Source: Phycisphaerales bacterium (GTDB lineage Bacteria; Planctomycetota; Phycisphaerae; Phycisphaerales; SM1A02). Taken from it: a DNA stretch of 58,539 nucleotides. The position numbers and the translations under genes are program-made. Under the pieces are notes generated by a model that was given only the letters and a program-made list of their open reading frames with translations, searched no databases and was not told the origin of the DNA. Where the stretch lies: NCBI GenBank assembly GCA_044377725.1, contig JBILYM010000001.1, forward strand, positions 1 to 58,539, in the 5' to 3' direction. This document shows positions 36,641 through 45,434 of the stretch, one piece after another. Position 1 is the stretch's first letter. Each line of letters begins with the position of its first letter.

Positions 36641-37648
36641 ATGGAAAAGGGTAATTGCCGGTTGGTTTAGCGCGAACTTCGGCACTGGTAGGGCCTCTGG
36701 TTTAGACCCAGGCTTACGCGGAGCAGTCGTTGGCTTCCGCGCCGGCTCGACTATCAGTGCAGGTGCATTAGTGGGCGTCGGTGCAGGCGCGGGTGTTGGT
36801 TCCAGCGCGGGGTTCGGTTCCGGAACGGCCTCCCGTGCAGGCGCGGGTGTTGGTTCCGGTGCGGTCATCGATTCCGGTGCGGGCGTTGGTTCCGATTCCG
36901 GTGCGGCCGTCGGCTCGGGATCAGGAGCGAACTCAGGATCCGGAGCCCGGGCACGCGTGGTGGTGCGCCGAGGATTGGGTGTGGGCTTGATCCCACTAGC
37001 AATGAGATTCAAGATCAAGAGCGCCACCCAAACTGCGGCGGCGACACCAATGGGCTTGATCCATTGTTGGCGCGCGTACTTGTTTCCAAACTGAGTTTGG
37101 ATGTACAGCACCTGGGAGCGCGCTGAGATGAAGTACCAACTGAATAGAACGCCGAGATACACACCCAGCGGCGACATGGATAGCAAAGTCGGCACCGGAG
37201 GTTGGAGCAATTGACCGACTGTAAATGCGAGAAAGGCAGCAAAGCCGACATAAGCCCAGATCATCGACTTGGATGCTTTCTGCGGCTCGTTGAGAGCTTT
37301 CCAGTTCTTCGCGTGTAGCCATGCACCAAATCCAACACTGAAGACGAGGCTCCAGTTCACCGCTGCAGTGGGATTCCAAAGGGGTGGGCTGATGCGTCCG
37401 CCCCCACGGGAGGCAGTTGGCGGGAATCGATGGCCGCCGGCATTGGTCCACAGTTCTGGAACAGTAGACGCTGGCACCCAGCCGGCAAATCCCGCTCGCC
37501 ACATCATGGTTTCCGGCTCAATTCGACCTGCGGCAATCATGCCTTGAATTTGGTGGTCATCGAGCGGGCCAGCTCTCTGCCGATCGTTGGACATGAAGTA
37601 CCAAGCAGCCACGTTGGGATCCGATCCGAATTGAGGAACAGCATTCAC
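35735..37648 (-). CDS. Locus gene O: GYF_2 (DUF4339) domain - 4 TM helices - Pro/Glu/Thr-rich repeat - CTD-X paralogous to the C-terminus of gene N
   Basis: The GYF-like motif is WYFMSNDRQRAGPLDDHQIQGMIAAGRIEPETMMWRAGFAGWVPASTVPELW. Four hydrophobic segments follow, then APDPEFAPDPEPTAAPESEPTPAPESMTAPEPTPAP. The C-terminal KFPEYVACQKEVDALK...GDDISCNDLFEGL matches gene N. GTG start at 37648. Confidence 0.7.
   Translation of the reverse strand: MNAVPQFGSDPNVAAWYFMSNDRQRAGPLDDHQIQGMIAAGRIEPETMMWRAGFAGWVPASTVPELWTNAGGHRFPPTASRGGGRISPPLWNPTAAVNWSLVFSVGFGAWLHAKNWKALNEPQKASKSMIWAYVGFAAFLAFTVGQLLQPPVPTLLSMSPLGVYLGVLFSWYFISARSQVLYIQTQFGNKYARQQWIKPIGVAAAVWVALLILNLIASGIKPTPNPRRTTTRARAPDPEFAPDPEPTAAPESEPTPAPESMTAPEPTPAPAREAVPEPNPALEPTPAPAPTPTNAPALIVEPARKPTTAPRKPGSKPEALPVPKFALNQPAITLFHKLSDDIGKSDVLKFPEYVACQKEVDALKSLVGLLGVAKNGKRTLAFDLPNMAINAKRELDTREKWPDSPNTVRSHAAAEFRAKMDALQLWSPSQLSRAQDRVLKFQSRALFTYPELPRPFAQTQMLDMDRMSKSIIDSLKKASDLTSQERIDTMRSIMHFCLRLSVSQRFDIEQSKAAVAQSADLSDIKRVLAAVVAAGPSDDVGAAQNVLNVIQRLLPSTPSSNGGLAGQGVYWSKYSMRQPDTQKFLRSSYWPTLGLKGDDISCNDLFEGLICAVCPTASQGDSLKQMLADFRQSMGWR
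36781..36930 (-). repeat. Degenerate ~54-nt-period in-frame repeat encoding the Pro/Glu/Thr/Ala-rich spacer of gene O
   Basis: gtgcaggcgcgggtgttggttcc occurs at 36781-36803 and again at 36835-36857 (+ strand). ggttccg/gattccggtgcgg-type subunits follow. Confidence 0.7.
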
Positions 37649-37756
37649 GGGACATGGAGCCGAATGCGGCTACCCCGGACGAAGGTTACCGTAGGAGTCA
37701 CATTCTGTCGATTTTTACCGGTTCCATGTATCCACGCACCTCATCTGCACCGCGAG

Positions 37757-40700
37757 TCAATCCACTCGGTAGATAAAGGAATAGGAAGGACCGGAAGAAC
37801 CGCCTTCCGCGAGCGTGCCACCTTCAAGCCGGATGGGCTTCAGACTCCATGCCCCTCCGGCGATGTCGTGTTCGAGAAGCATGAATCGGCCATTCAGGTT
37901 CGATTCTGAGGCTCGGCGCCGTGCCTCGCCAGGCACTTTGGGGAGAAGCAGGCCAGCAATCGTGGTTGCGCGTGCGGACTTCGATACACCAGCCCATTGC
38001 GCTGATCGACTCTGCACGGCGGCTTTCAGGTCGGGAATGGAGTCGAGAAACAACTGCGCAGAGCGGCGTAGATTCTCACGCTCTGCCTTTGGATCGGCCT
38101 TTGAAAGTGACAGGGCTACCCAGTCTGCTTCAGTCAACTTCAACGCTTCAGGGCTGTGCAGCACGCTCTCCAATTTGCCACACAATGACTGATCGATACC
38201 CTCAGGGAAGGAGAGGCTTTCGACGAATACCTGGAGAGCGTGCACTATGAAGTTGGCCAATCCCAGAATTTCGGTGGCTTTAGTCTTGGATTTGACTGAC
38301 ATCCGTGCACTCTCGATTGCACCGAGCCACGCATTCTGCGCCACGATGGCATCTGAGCTCCCGAACGCGGGCGTTGCTTGAGTGAAAGCGTCACACCATG
38401 GCGGGACCTCGCGTCGCGCGCTTCCGTTCACGTCACCGCTTCGTACTTCTATGTTGGCCTTGAGTTCGGTCAGTGGCACCGTCAGCTCCTTGCAGCTGAA
38501 GAGTAGCCCTGCAAGGGATCCGGTTCCTGGTCCGCCGTCGCGCATGAACGCCCAACGATTTTTTGTCAGCGAAAGCTGCTGGATAGACAAGAGACCAGTG
38601 TCTTTGAGTTGGGCGAGTGCGCTGAGACCAACGAGAGCTCCATCGTTTGCGGAGATAGTTTCACACATAGCGATGCAGCCTGTAGCGGCACTGGTGTATG
38701 GCGACGTTGGGAAGCTATGCAGATGAGCTTCGAGGGACTTACGAAATGTAGCTGCTTCTTGCGAAGAGGCAGGTATCGCTATTCCCGATGACTTTGCGGA
38801 TGTGGCAGGTCCGCCAAGCACCACTTCGCGCCAATGCTGCAGTGCGAGCGCTACTTGGGCCATATCTCGCGTCTCATCTAATACCGCGGTGGGCAGCCCC
38901 AGCGCTTTCAAAGTTTCGGGCTGGGCCAAGAGTTCAGTGATTCGCTTCGAGAATTCCTCCTCGCTTGTCGGTGTCTTGGAGAGACGAGCGAGCGCGCTTT
39001 CCGCAGTTGCGATCGCGAGTGTCGTCCGTTCGATAGCGCCGACTTGTTCGCCTAGTCGGGCGGATACATCTGTGGCCACTTGCCGTTCTGGGTAATTCGC
39101 TGGAATCTTGCGGACAAAGTCATCACAGCGCTTTCGAATGGCGTTGGCCTGCGACATCCATGAGATGCTTTGTTCGCTACCTGCTGCTCCGACCGGAGCA
39201 CCCAACGCATCGGCATCACGTCTAAGAGTTTCGAGCTCTTCAGTGATCGGACGCCGCCGGTCTGCAATTCGCTTGACTTCTTCAGCCTCGACAGTCTTGA
39301 GTAGTTCTTCAGCCTCGGTTCGTTCTGTGGGTGCTAGTTTCGCGGTTGAGTCAGAGTTAACCGACAGCGCGTCGCGGATGGATTTCTTGAGCGCGGTCAG
39401 GCTTGCATCGTCAGTCGCTGGATCCTTGCTGGCTGCGACAGTGCTTTCCAGCAAGCGTCGTACTTCCGCTCGACGGGCGGAGTTTGCAAGTTCGGCCTGC
39501 GCGACGACACGTTCGGCCTCAACCATTACTGGATAAGAAAGTGCCCATGGGGTAGTGGACTTGATAGCAGCGAGTCGATTTTTTGCCCCGGCTAGATCAC
39601 CTGCCTTCGAAAGCCCTTGAACGTCGGCAGCCATCACTGCTACTTCTGCTTGTTTTTGGGCAGCCGCCATCGAAATGCTGAACGTCGTGATCGCCGCGGC
39701 AATCGCGACAAGCACAGCGGCAATGATCAGTCCAATGATGATCCTTCGACGCGTGATCGCAGCACTTTGGACGCGCACGAAGCGTTCCGCGAGATCCTGT
39801 GGAACACCAATTCCGTAGGACTCGACTGCAGAGCGCAGACGTGACAACTCTAGTTGGCTCGTTTTGCGATCGAGACCGAGACGCAGTTCAGTACAGGCGT
39901 TGTTGTGTGCAGCTTCGACGCGCAGTCGGGCAAGCTCGGTTTCAGACCACTCGATCGCCTCCTTGGTGCGTTCTCGGAATTTATCTCCGGGGCTGCAGCG
40001 GCGCTCGCGTTCAACGGCATCGACCTCTTCTGAGAGCGATCCGACCAGCATTAAGTCTCGCCGCGCATATGCAGCCTCAATCCGCGTGGCTAGTTTGGCA
40101 TACAACTCGGCTGCTTCTCGTCGACGTTCCCGCGAGATCTCGGACTGAAGCCAATCGTAGAACTCAGCGGACAACTGGGATTGCCACCCGAGCCCCTCGA
40201 TCGCATCCAATGCGTCGACAAGTGTCTGGTGTTCGCCACGCATGGAGGCGGCCCTGCACGTCGATTCAAGTGCGGCGAGTGCCTCTGTCTCATAGCGTTT
40301 GGCAAGCTGTTTTAGGGCGGGATTACGAGGTGCCGCGGCTAGGAGCGTCTGCAGCTGCTGCATTCGAGTTGCTAGCGATTGTCGGGCAAGTACGGAAGTC
40401 TGAAATCGTTGGACCAGTTCATCAAGCGACGAGGCGTCGCCGACCGCGTCGGAGAGCGCGACGAATGCGCGCTCATCAATGCGGCTATTGACCGAAATCC
40501 CAGCCATATTGCATGCCTGATCCCACTCCAGTCGCCCTTCGTTCATGTTCAACTGAAATGCAACCTTGCAAAGTTCCGGGTAGGACTCGTTCACCGATGC
40601 TGCCTCAACAATGAGTCCACGGCTTGCCCACTCGCTCAGCATGCGCAGGTAGCGATTACAAGTGACAATGCGCAACTCGAGCATCTCACGCACTTCTTCG

Positions 40701-40813
40701 ATGCGCTCCTGCAGCGTCCCTGGAGTGCATGCGTCACGCACGATCGATATCAATTCACTCGCTTCTGCTGGTGTAATCTCGGGATAGGCATTCATGTGGT
40801 TGGATTGATTCAT
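37757..40813 (-). CDS. Locus gene P: 1018-aa single-pass membrane protein (helical/coiled-coil cytoplasmic N-domain, large helical ectodomain)
   Basis: The ATG at 40813 lies 13 nt after the stop of Q. The TM helix IIIGLIIAAVLVAIAAAITTFSI is preceded by RRR. No recognisable family. Confidence 0.65.
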   Translation of the reverse strand: MNQSNHMNAYPEITPAEASELISIVRDACTPGTLQERIEEVREMLELRIVTCNRYLRMLSEWASRGLIVEAASVNESYPELCKVAFQLNMNEGRLEWDQACNMAGISVNSRIDERAFVALSDAVGDASSLDELVQRFQTSVLARQSLATRMQQLQTLLAAAPRNPALKQLAKRYETEALAALESTCRAASMRGEHQTLVDALDAIEGLGWQSQLSAEFYDWLQSEISRERRREAAELYAKLATRIEAAYARRDLMLVGSLSEEVDAVERERRCSPGDKFRERTKEAIEWSETELARLRVEAAHNNACTELRLGLDRKTSQLELSRLRSAVESYGIGVPQDLAERFVRVQSAAITRRRIIIGLIIAAVLVAIAAAITTFSISMAAAQKQAEVAVMAADVQGLSKAGDLAGAKNRLAAIKSTTPWALSYPVMVEAERVVAQAELANSARRAEVRRLLESTVAASKDPATDDASLTALKKSIRDALSVNSDSTAKLAPTERTEAEELLKTVEAEEVKRIADRRRPITEELETLRRDADALGAPVGAAGSEQSISWMSQANAIRKRCDDFVRKIPANYPERQVATDVSARLGEQVGAIERTTLAIATAESALARLSKTPTSEEEFSKRITELLAQPETLKALGLPTAVLDETRDMAQVALALQHWREVVLGGPATSAKSSGIAIPASSQEAATFRKSLEAHLHSFPTSPYTSAATGCIAMCETISANDGALVGLSALAQLKDTGLLSIQQLSLTKNRWAFMRDGGPGTGSLAGLLFSCKELTVPLTELKANIEVRSGDVNGSARREVPPWCDAFTQATPAFGSSDAIVAQNAWLGAIESARMSVKSKTKATEILGLANFIVHALQVFVESLSFPEGIDQSLCGKLESVLHSPEALKLTEADWVALSLSKADPKAERENLRRSAQLFLDSIPDLKAAVQSRSAQWAGVSKSARATTIAGLLLPKVPGEARRRASESNLNGRFMLLEHDIAGGAWSLKPIRLEGGTLAEGGSSGPSYSFIYRVD

Positions 40814-40826
40814 CGCCTTGGTTTCT

Positions 40827-41858
40827 TCATCGACGCAACATCAGCAGTACGACAGTGGTGGCTATCGCTAGCAGCAGCACCACAGCCGTGGTGATCGCTG
40901 CGTACAGATAAACAGTCGATGTTCTGTGTTCGGGTGGGGCGGGGTTGGGCGCTGATCCGGATGGATTCCTCCGATTCATGGTTGATGCCACGGAGATCGG
41001 AGCGGTTGATTGTTCGTCGATGACGGCCACTGGTGGGGCAAGACCGCTCAGGTCGAGCACCGGTTCCTGACGCCGGGCGCCGGCGGCGGGGGTGCGGCGC
41101 GGCGGTTCCGTCGGACCAATTGGCGGGCTCGCGGTGCCGCGTGCGTTGGTCCAATCAGCAATCGGACGTGACGTGCCGGGTACGCCTTGTTGTAGGAGCA
41201 CGAGACTTGTCGCGATGCTGCCATGGGAATCCTCCGTCGTCGCGATGCGCAATGCTGATGGTCTGAGAGACTTCTCAACGATCGCGGCGATGATTGTCTG
41301 GACTGGTGCATTGCGCGGTATCAGTAATCTCGCGGGTTCGTTGTGTGTTCGGGAGCCAATTGCGGCAAGGTGCGCTGCCCAACCTTCAGCATGATCGGTG
41401 AGGGCTTGGAGTGCGGCATGTGCTGAATCGAGGATGGCGGCTGGTGCCGCGGTTGGGGCATGTCGCAATGGAAGGCGCCGAGGCTGCCCTTGGAAGTTCT
41501 GGCAAAAAACGCCATCATCGAGCAACACCGCGGCGATAGATGCGGCGGTGAGCTCCGTGCCCATGAGTACAAGATGATGCGCAAGGCGGGCTGGTCTGCC
41601 AGTGTGGTCGGCTACCACAGGCACGATCCGTGATAAGACCATGGCGGGACCGGTGGCAGTCGTGACCGGCCACAGCCTGAGCACTGCATGGGCGGCGGCA
41701 TCGCTCGATTTCTCAATCCGCGCAACGGTGGTTGCAGATGCGTTCGCTAGCGCTGCAATGAGATCTGCAGCCATCCCCTCGCTACATGCAACTGTGGTGT
41801 ATCCCGAGCGGTCGTCGAAGAGTCCTTTCGGGGCAGAAGTGTGGATGAGCTCGAGCAT
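40827..41858 (-). CDS. Locus gene Q: tail-anchored GAP1-N-like protein (GTPase-associated)
   Basis: The start is taken at MLELIHTSAPKGLFDDRSGYTTVACSEGM (ATG 41858, 13 nt after the stop of R). The ORF-track start at 42008 would overlap R by 137 nt. ADHTGRPARLAHHLVL resembles the DxxGRxxxxxxHxLV element I recall for GAP1 N-domains. The C-terminal TM helix is VYLYAAITTAVVLLLAIATTVVLLML. Confidence 0.6.
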   Translation of the reverse strand: MLELIHTSAPKGLFDDRSGYTTVACSEGMAADLIAALANASATTVARIEKSSDAAAHAVLRLWPVTTATGPAMVLSRIVPVVADHTGRPARLAHHLVLMGTELTAASIAAVLLDDGVFCQNFQGQPRRLPLRHAPTAAPAAILDSAHAALQALTDHAEGWAAHLAAIGSRTHNEPARLLIPRNAPVQTIIAAIVEKSLRPSALRIATTEDSHGSIATSLVLLQQGVPGTSRPIADWTNARGTASPPIGPTEPPRRTPAAGARRQEPVLDLSGLAPPVAVIDEQSTAPISVASTMNRRNPSGSAPNPAPPEHRTSTVYLYAAITTAVVLLLAIATTVVLLMLRR

Positions 41859-41871
41859 GGAATCGTCAACA

Positions 41872-43101
41872 TCAGGCGAGCATTGGGAACACCTTGGGAT
41901 CCGACATGGCGATCGCAAGCACGAAGGGCATTTCCGCCCATCGGGGTCGGACGTCTGCAGCACGCAGTTTGAAATGGCCGTCTGCGTCGCGGGTTGGCGA
42001 AGTACCAAGCGCGCTCGCCGGAACGAAGATGACCTTTTGTGCCAAGATGTTCGCGGCGTTTAGAAACTCTGGTGCCGTCTCTCGCAGTGCCTCGCGTGCG
42101 AGTTGGTCGACCTCTTGAAGTTTGGCTATCAACCGCTTCCGTCGGGGTATCAATGCGTCCGGGAGGTCGAGTTCGGACCAGTCCGCACCCAATGCCTTGT
42201 CCGCCCAAACGTCGGCCTTTGTGAGTGCAATGATCAAGGGAATAGGGATCGGCGCCGTCGGATCCAGTGAGCGGAGGCGGCGAACACGGGCGATAGCTTC
42301 GGTAAGTACAAGTTCCTGTCGTTCGTGCCGGCCGGTGTGTGGCGCATCAAATCCGTCGGCGAAGCGATCACGGAATCGTGCGTCTTGCAGCGGGTCGAAC
42401 ACAGTAACGATCGCGCTGCTCCGTTCGAGATGGCGCGTCGCGATTTCTGCACCAGCAAACTGACTGTCCGGGAGAAAATGCTCGCCAGCATTGTCATACA
42501 GAACCATCACCGACCGGCGGGTTTCATCTTTGTGGCGTGTCACGAAGTACGACGGCTTGGTGAGCGTTTCAGTCTGGCCACCGATGCGCACCGAGCGATA
42601 CAGATCGTTACCGCCAACATCGGTCTTCGGCAGTGTGACGTCTGCGGAAGGATCGCGCGTCGCAAACAGCAAGCTCTCGTTGCGGTGTAGCAGTGCGTTG
42701 AAACGAGGATCGGCATCCACGATCTCCAAGCCGAAGTCCGCTGCCCGCTGTGCAAGACCCCACATTCCAGAGGCGAGCAGATTGGTCTTTCCGGATCCTG
42801 GCGCGCCGACAACTGAGATTGGAATCTGACGGAGTTCCAGCAACGCCCGTGGGAACTCAATGTGGCAACGCGGACAGGCTATGCGTGTGCACCGACCGTC
42901 GTTTGGATCGATCGCATTTCCGGATGCATCGAAGCGCATCGCGCGGAATCGCAGTTGCTCGGCCGGCCCGGCGATTGGGTCACCGCGGAGTTGGACGCTC
43001 TCTGCAATGAAACGCACTTGGGTTGGCGGAAATTCACGCCAACAGTTCGGGCAGACGACAGATCGCCTAAGGGATGTACCGGAATCCTTGGCCGTGGCCA
43101 T
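41872..43101 (-). CDS. Locus gene R: Zn-ribbon + TRAFAC-type GTPase
   Basis: CPNC...CPRC (C17/C20, C76/C79) precede G1 GAPGSGKT (42784-42807), G3 VLYDNAGE and G4 IIALTKADV. No TM helix. Confidence 0.75.
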   Translation of the reverse strand: MATAKDSGTSLRRSVVCPNCWREFPPTQVRFIAESVQLRGDPIAGPAEQLRFRAMRFDASGNAIDPNDGRCTRIACPRCHIEFPRALLELRQIPISVVGAPGSGKTNLLASGMWGLAQRAADFGLEIVDADPRFNALLHRNESLLFATRDPSADVTLPKTDVGGNDLYRSVRIGGQTETLTKPSYFVTRHKDETRRSVMVLYDNAGEHFLPDSQFAGAEIATRHLERSSAIVTVFDPLQDARFRDRFADGFDAPHTGRHERQELVLTEAIARVRRLRSLDPTAPIPIPLIIALTKADVWADKALGADWSELDLPDALIPRRKRLIAKLQEVDQLAREALRETAPEFLNAANILAQKVIFVPASALGTSPTRDADGHFKLRAADVRPRWAEMPFVLAIAMSDPKVFPMLA

Positions 43102-43199
43102 AAAGGGATCCTACAGGGATTTCACCGGTGATTGCGGCGAGGTGTGTACGCGTCACCTTGGCGACGCGACAAGTGCCGGTGACGCTTGCCAAAGAACGT

Positions 43200-45317
43200 T
43201 CAACGCGTCTTTATGGGCTGGGGAGGCAATTTGAATTGCGCATCCAAATCCTTCGGCACAGGGATTGCCAGTACATGACTAAGGCGCGCTCGCGAGACCC
43301 AGATTCCATTCGTGTAGTCACGCCCTAAAGCACTGATGAGTGATTTACGTTTCTCAGGGTCGGCTTCGGCCCCGAACATTTCAAGCAACTGTTGAACGGA
43401 TGGTTTTTTATCGATGCCATGTGTCAAATGCTCGCTTCCCACCGCAATTTTTTGTTGACCCGACTCCACTGCTCTTAGGAAACAATTGAAGTCGCGGCTC
43501 TCGGTGGACGACAGCGATTTGTCGGCGATTTCTGCTAAATCGGGGTACATCTTCAGAATGTGTGTTCGAAACTCCGGTGAACAAACCTCGTCGTCTCCAA
43601 GTCTCGTCGTTTCAAGTCCCCACATGTTGCCATCTTCACCCATAAAGGCCGCAAATGCGTGCCCGGGCGGCATCAAGATCATGCTCGATAGGCCCATTTT
43701 CTCAAGAAAACTACAAATGAGGATCGTGCCGTCAACGCAGTTAGCGTTTTGCGACAACAACGTCTCGTGGATGCTCCTGGTCTCCTGAGCGCTGTGATCG
43801 ACCGAACCTGGTAGCGAGGAGTATCGCAAGCCGCGCGCCTTCAATTCTCGCCACAGCAGAAATACCGCGAAGAAGGACCGGTGGGCACCTGCGCCCCCGG
43901 ACGCGGACATCCCAGTGCGCTTCGCGAGAGAGCACTGATTTATTTGGTTCAAGATTCTCTCGACCCAAGGGTGACCCTCGTTGACCATTCCTACGAATCC
44001 GAGACGCATCGGATAAGAGGTTTCGACAAGGTCGGGCGGCATGATCGTGACGGTTTCAAGCATGCGCTCGTCTTCTGACCCATCACCGTATTTGACACTC
44101 ACCGACATGGTGATGGTTTCTGGCGCAGTTAACTTCGCGAGTTCGTCTATGTCCCACTGGGGTTGGAGCCCGATTTCCCAAAGGTCCGAATCATGCTCAT
44201 CCTTCGATAGCCAAACACATTCTGGATGTTCTCCTTCAGCGAGGTGGACCGATTCCTGTTTAGTCGCTTGTCCACCAGAGAGAAGTCTCCGACCTGCAGC
44301 GTTGCGTAACTCAATCTCAACTCGAACATTAGTGCCGGTCGGCGCATTTGTGAAGTACACGCTGAATACGGGTCGAGTGGCATCGAGCCAATCCGATTGG
44401 CTGATGAATTGCGCTCTGCAGACCAGTTCGAGGGGGTTGGTCTCGGCTCCGTCCGCCGCTCTTGACATTGAAAATCGATCTACGAACCAGTCGACCTCTT
44501 GACCGGCTGGAACCGCCAATCGTTCCGCTTCTACCTCAGCAAGTGCGATTTCCGAGTTAGCGTAGACCACTTTGTTAAACGCCAGTTTGGCGCCGATTGA
44601 CTTGGCGAGACCCGTTGTTCCACGTTGAATTGCGACCGTCGCCTGCGAGGGTTGTTTGGGCGCTGGCGCTGGCGCTGGCGGTGGCTCTGGAGCTGGTGCT
44701 GGAGCGGGTGTTGCTATCGCACTGGGCACGCCTGCTGCGGGGGCGGCGGCACGTGCGACCGTCGCGACGGGGGTCGCTTTCGCCACGATTGGTGCCTTGG
44801 TCTCCGCTCCACCAACGGTTCCGGACGCCGTTCGGTTGCCTGCGGAGTTCTGCGGCGCGGGCTCAGATACCGCGATGCTCGTTGGTTGTTCGAGCGGAGG
44901 TGCTGGCCGCCTAAAGAACATGGCAGCACCGATTCCGACGGTGGCAACCAGTGACAACATTCCGATCCCGATCGCTACGTAGAGCACTCCCCGCCCGCGT
45001 CTCCCCGCCGACGGTTGGTTGATCGGGGGCGCTAGAAATGGTGCTGCTACTGATGATCGGGCAGGGGGTTCCAATACCGGACCTAGCGAAATAGATCCGC
45101 GATCCGGGGGTGCCCGCTCAAACGCAGGCAGAGACGCTGATGCTGCAGCCCGTGGCTGCGGAGGCGCGGATGGACGATGTGCGCGTTTGTGCAGATTTCT
45201 GGCTGTATGAGGAAGAACCGTTCGACGCCCGCAACGTTTGCATCGCACTTCTTCCGCAGTCGTCCCCTCGGGAAGAATCAGGGACGCTCCACAGTGTTGG
45301 CAATCAACGGTGTTCAT
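43200..45317 (-). CDS. Locus gene S: Zn-ribbon - TM helix - Pro/Ala-rich spacer - ectodomain ending in a transglutaminase/papain-like Cys-His domain
   Basis: CQHC...CKRC lies at the N-terminus. The TM helix is VLYVAIGIGMLSLVATVGIGAAMFF. PAPAPAPEPPPAPAPAP follows. NANCVDGTILICSFLEKMGL...PGHAFAAF...WGLETT gives Cys527 (codon 43737-43739) and His553. Confidence 0.65.
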   Translation of the reverse strand: MNTVDCQHCGASLILPEGTTAEEVRCKRCGRRTVLPHTARNLHKRAHRPSAPPQPRAAASASLPAFERAPPDRGSISLGPVLEPPARSSVAAPFLAPPINQPSAGRRGRGVLYVAIGIGMLSLVATVGIGAAMFFRRPAPPLEQPTSIAVSEPAPQNSAGNRTASGTVGGAETKAPIVAKATPVATVARAAAPAAGVPSAIATPAPAPAPEPPPAPAPAPKQPSQATVAIQRGTTGLAKSIGAKLAFNKVVYANSEIALAEVEAERLAVPAGQEVDWFVDRFSMSRAADGAETNPLELVCRAQFISQSDWLDATRPVFSVYFTNAPTGTNVRVEIELRNAAGRRLLSGGQATKQESVHLAEGEHPECVWLSKDEHDSDLWEIGLQPQWDIDELAKLTAPETITMSVSVKYGDGSEDERMLETVTIMPPDLVETSYPMRLGFVGMVNEGHPWVERILNQINQCSLAKRTGMSASGGAGAHRSFFAVFLLWRELKARGLRYSSLPGSVDHSAQETRSIHETLLSQNANCVDGTILICSFLEKMGLSSMILMPPGHAFAAFMGEDGNMWGLETTRLGDDEVCSPEFRTHILKMYPDLAEIADKSLSSTESRDFNCFLRAVESGQQKIAVGSEHLTHGIDKKPSVQQLLEMFGAEADPEKRKSLISALGRDYTNGIWVSRARLSHVLAIPVPKDLDAQFKLPPQPIKTR
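44659..44710 (-). repeat. Hexanucleotide-type (GCTGGC-like) in-frame microsatellite encoding (PA)n/(PE)n
   Basis: The + strand reads ggcgctggcgctggcgctggcggtggctctggagctggtgctggagcgggtg. Confidence 0.7.
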
Positions 45318-45434
45318 GCTCGCATCCTCGGTGAATTCGCGGAAGTGCTCGTTCCCACGGTTAGATCTCTAGTTTACACCCAAACAGCAGCCCCCGACAA
45401 TTGGAATCTACTCAAATCCCTCCACATAAACACG

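Noticed and set aside
36393-37094. 233-aa plus-strand ORF
   Set aside because: It is antisense to gene O across its Pro-rich repeat, giving the same mirror-image low-complexity artefact.
41859-42008. Upstream extension of gene Q (ORF-track start 42008)
   Set aside because: It would overlap the 3' end of GTPase gene R by 137 nt in another frame. The ATG at 41858 gives the conserved-looking N-terminus and a 13-nt intergenic gap.
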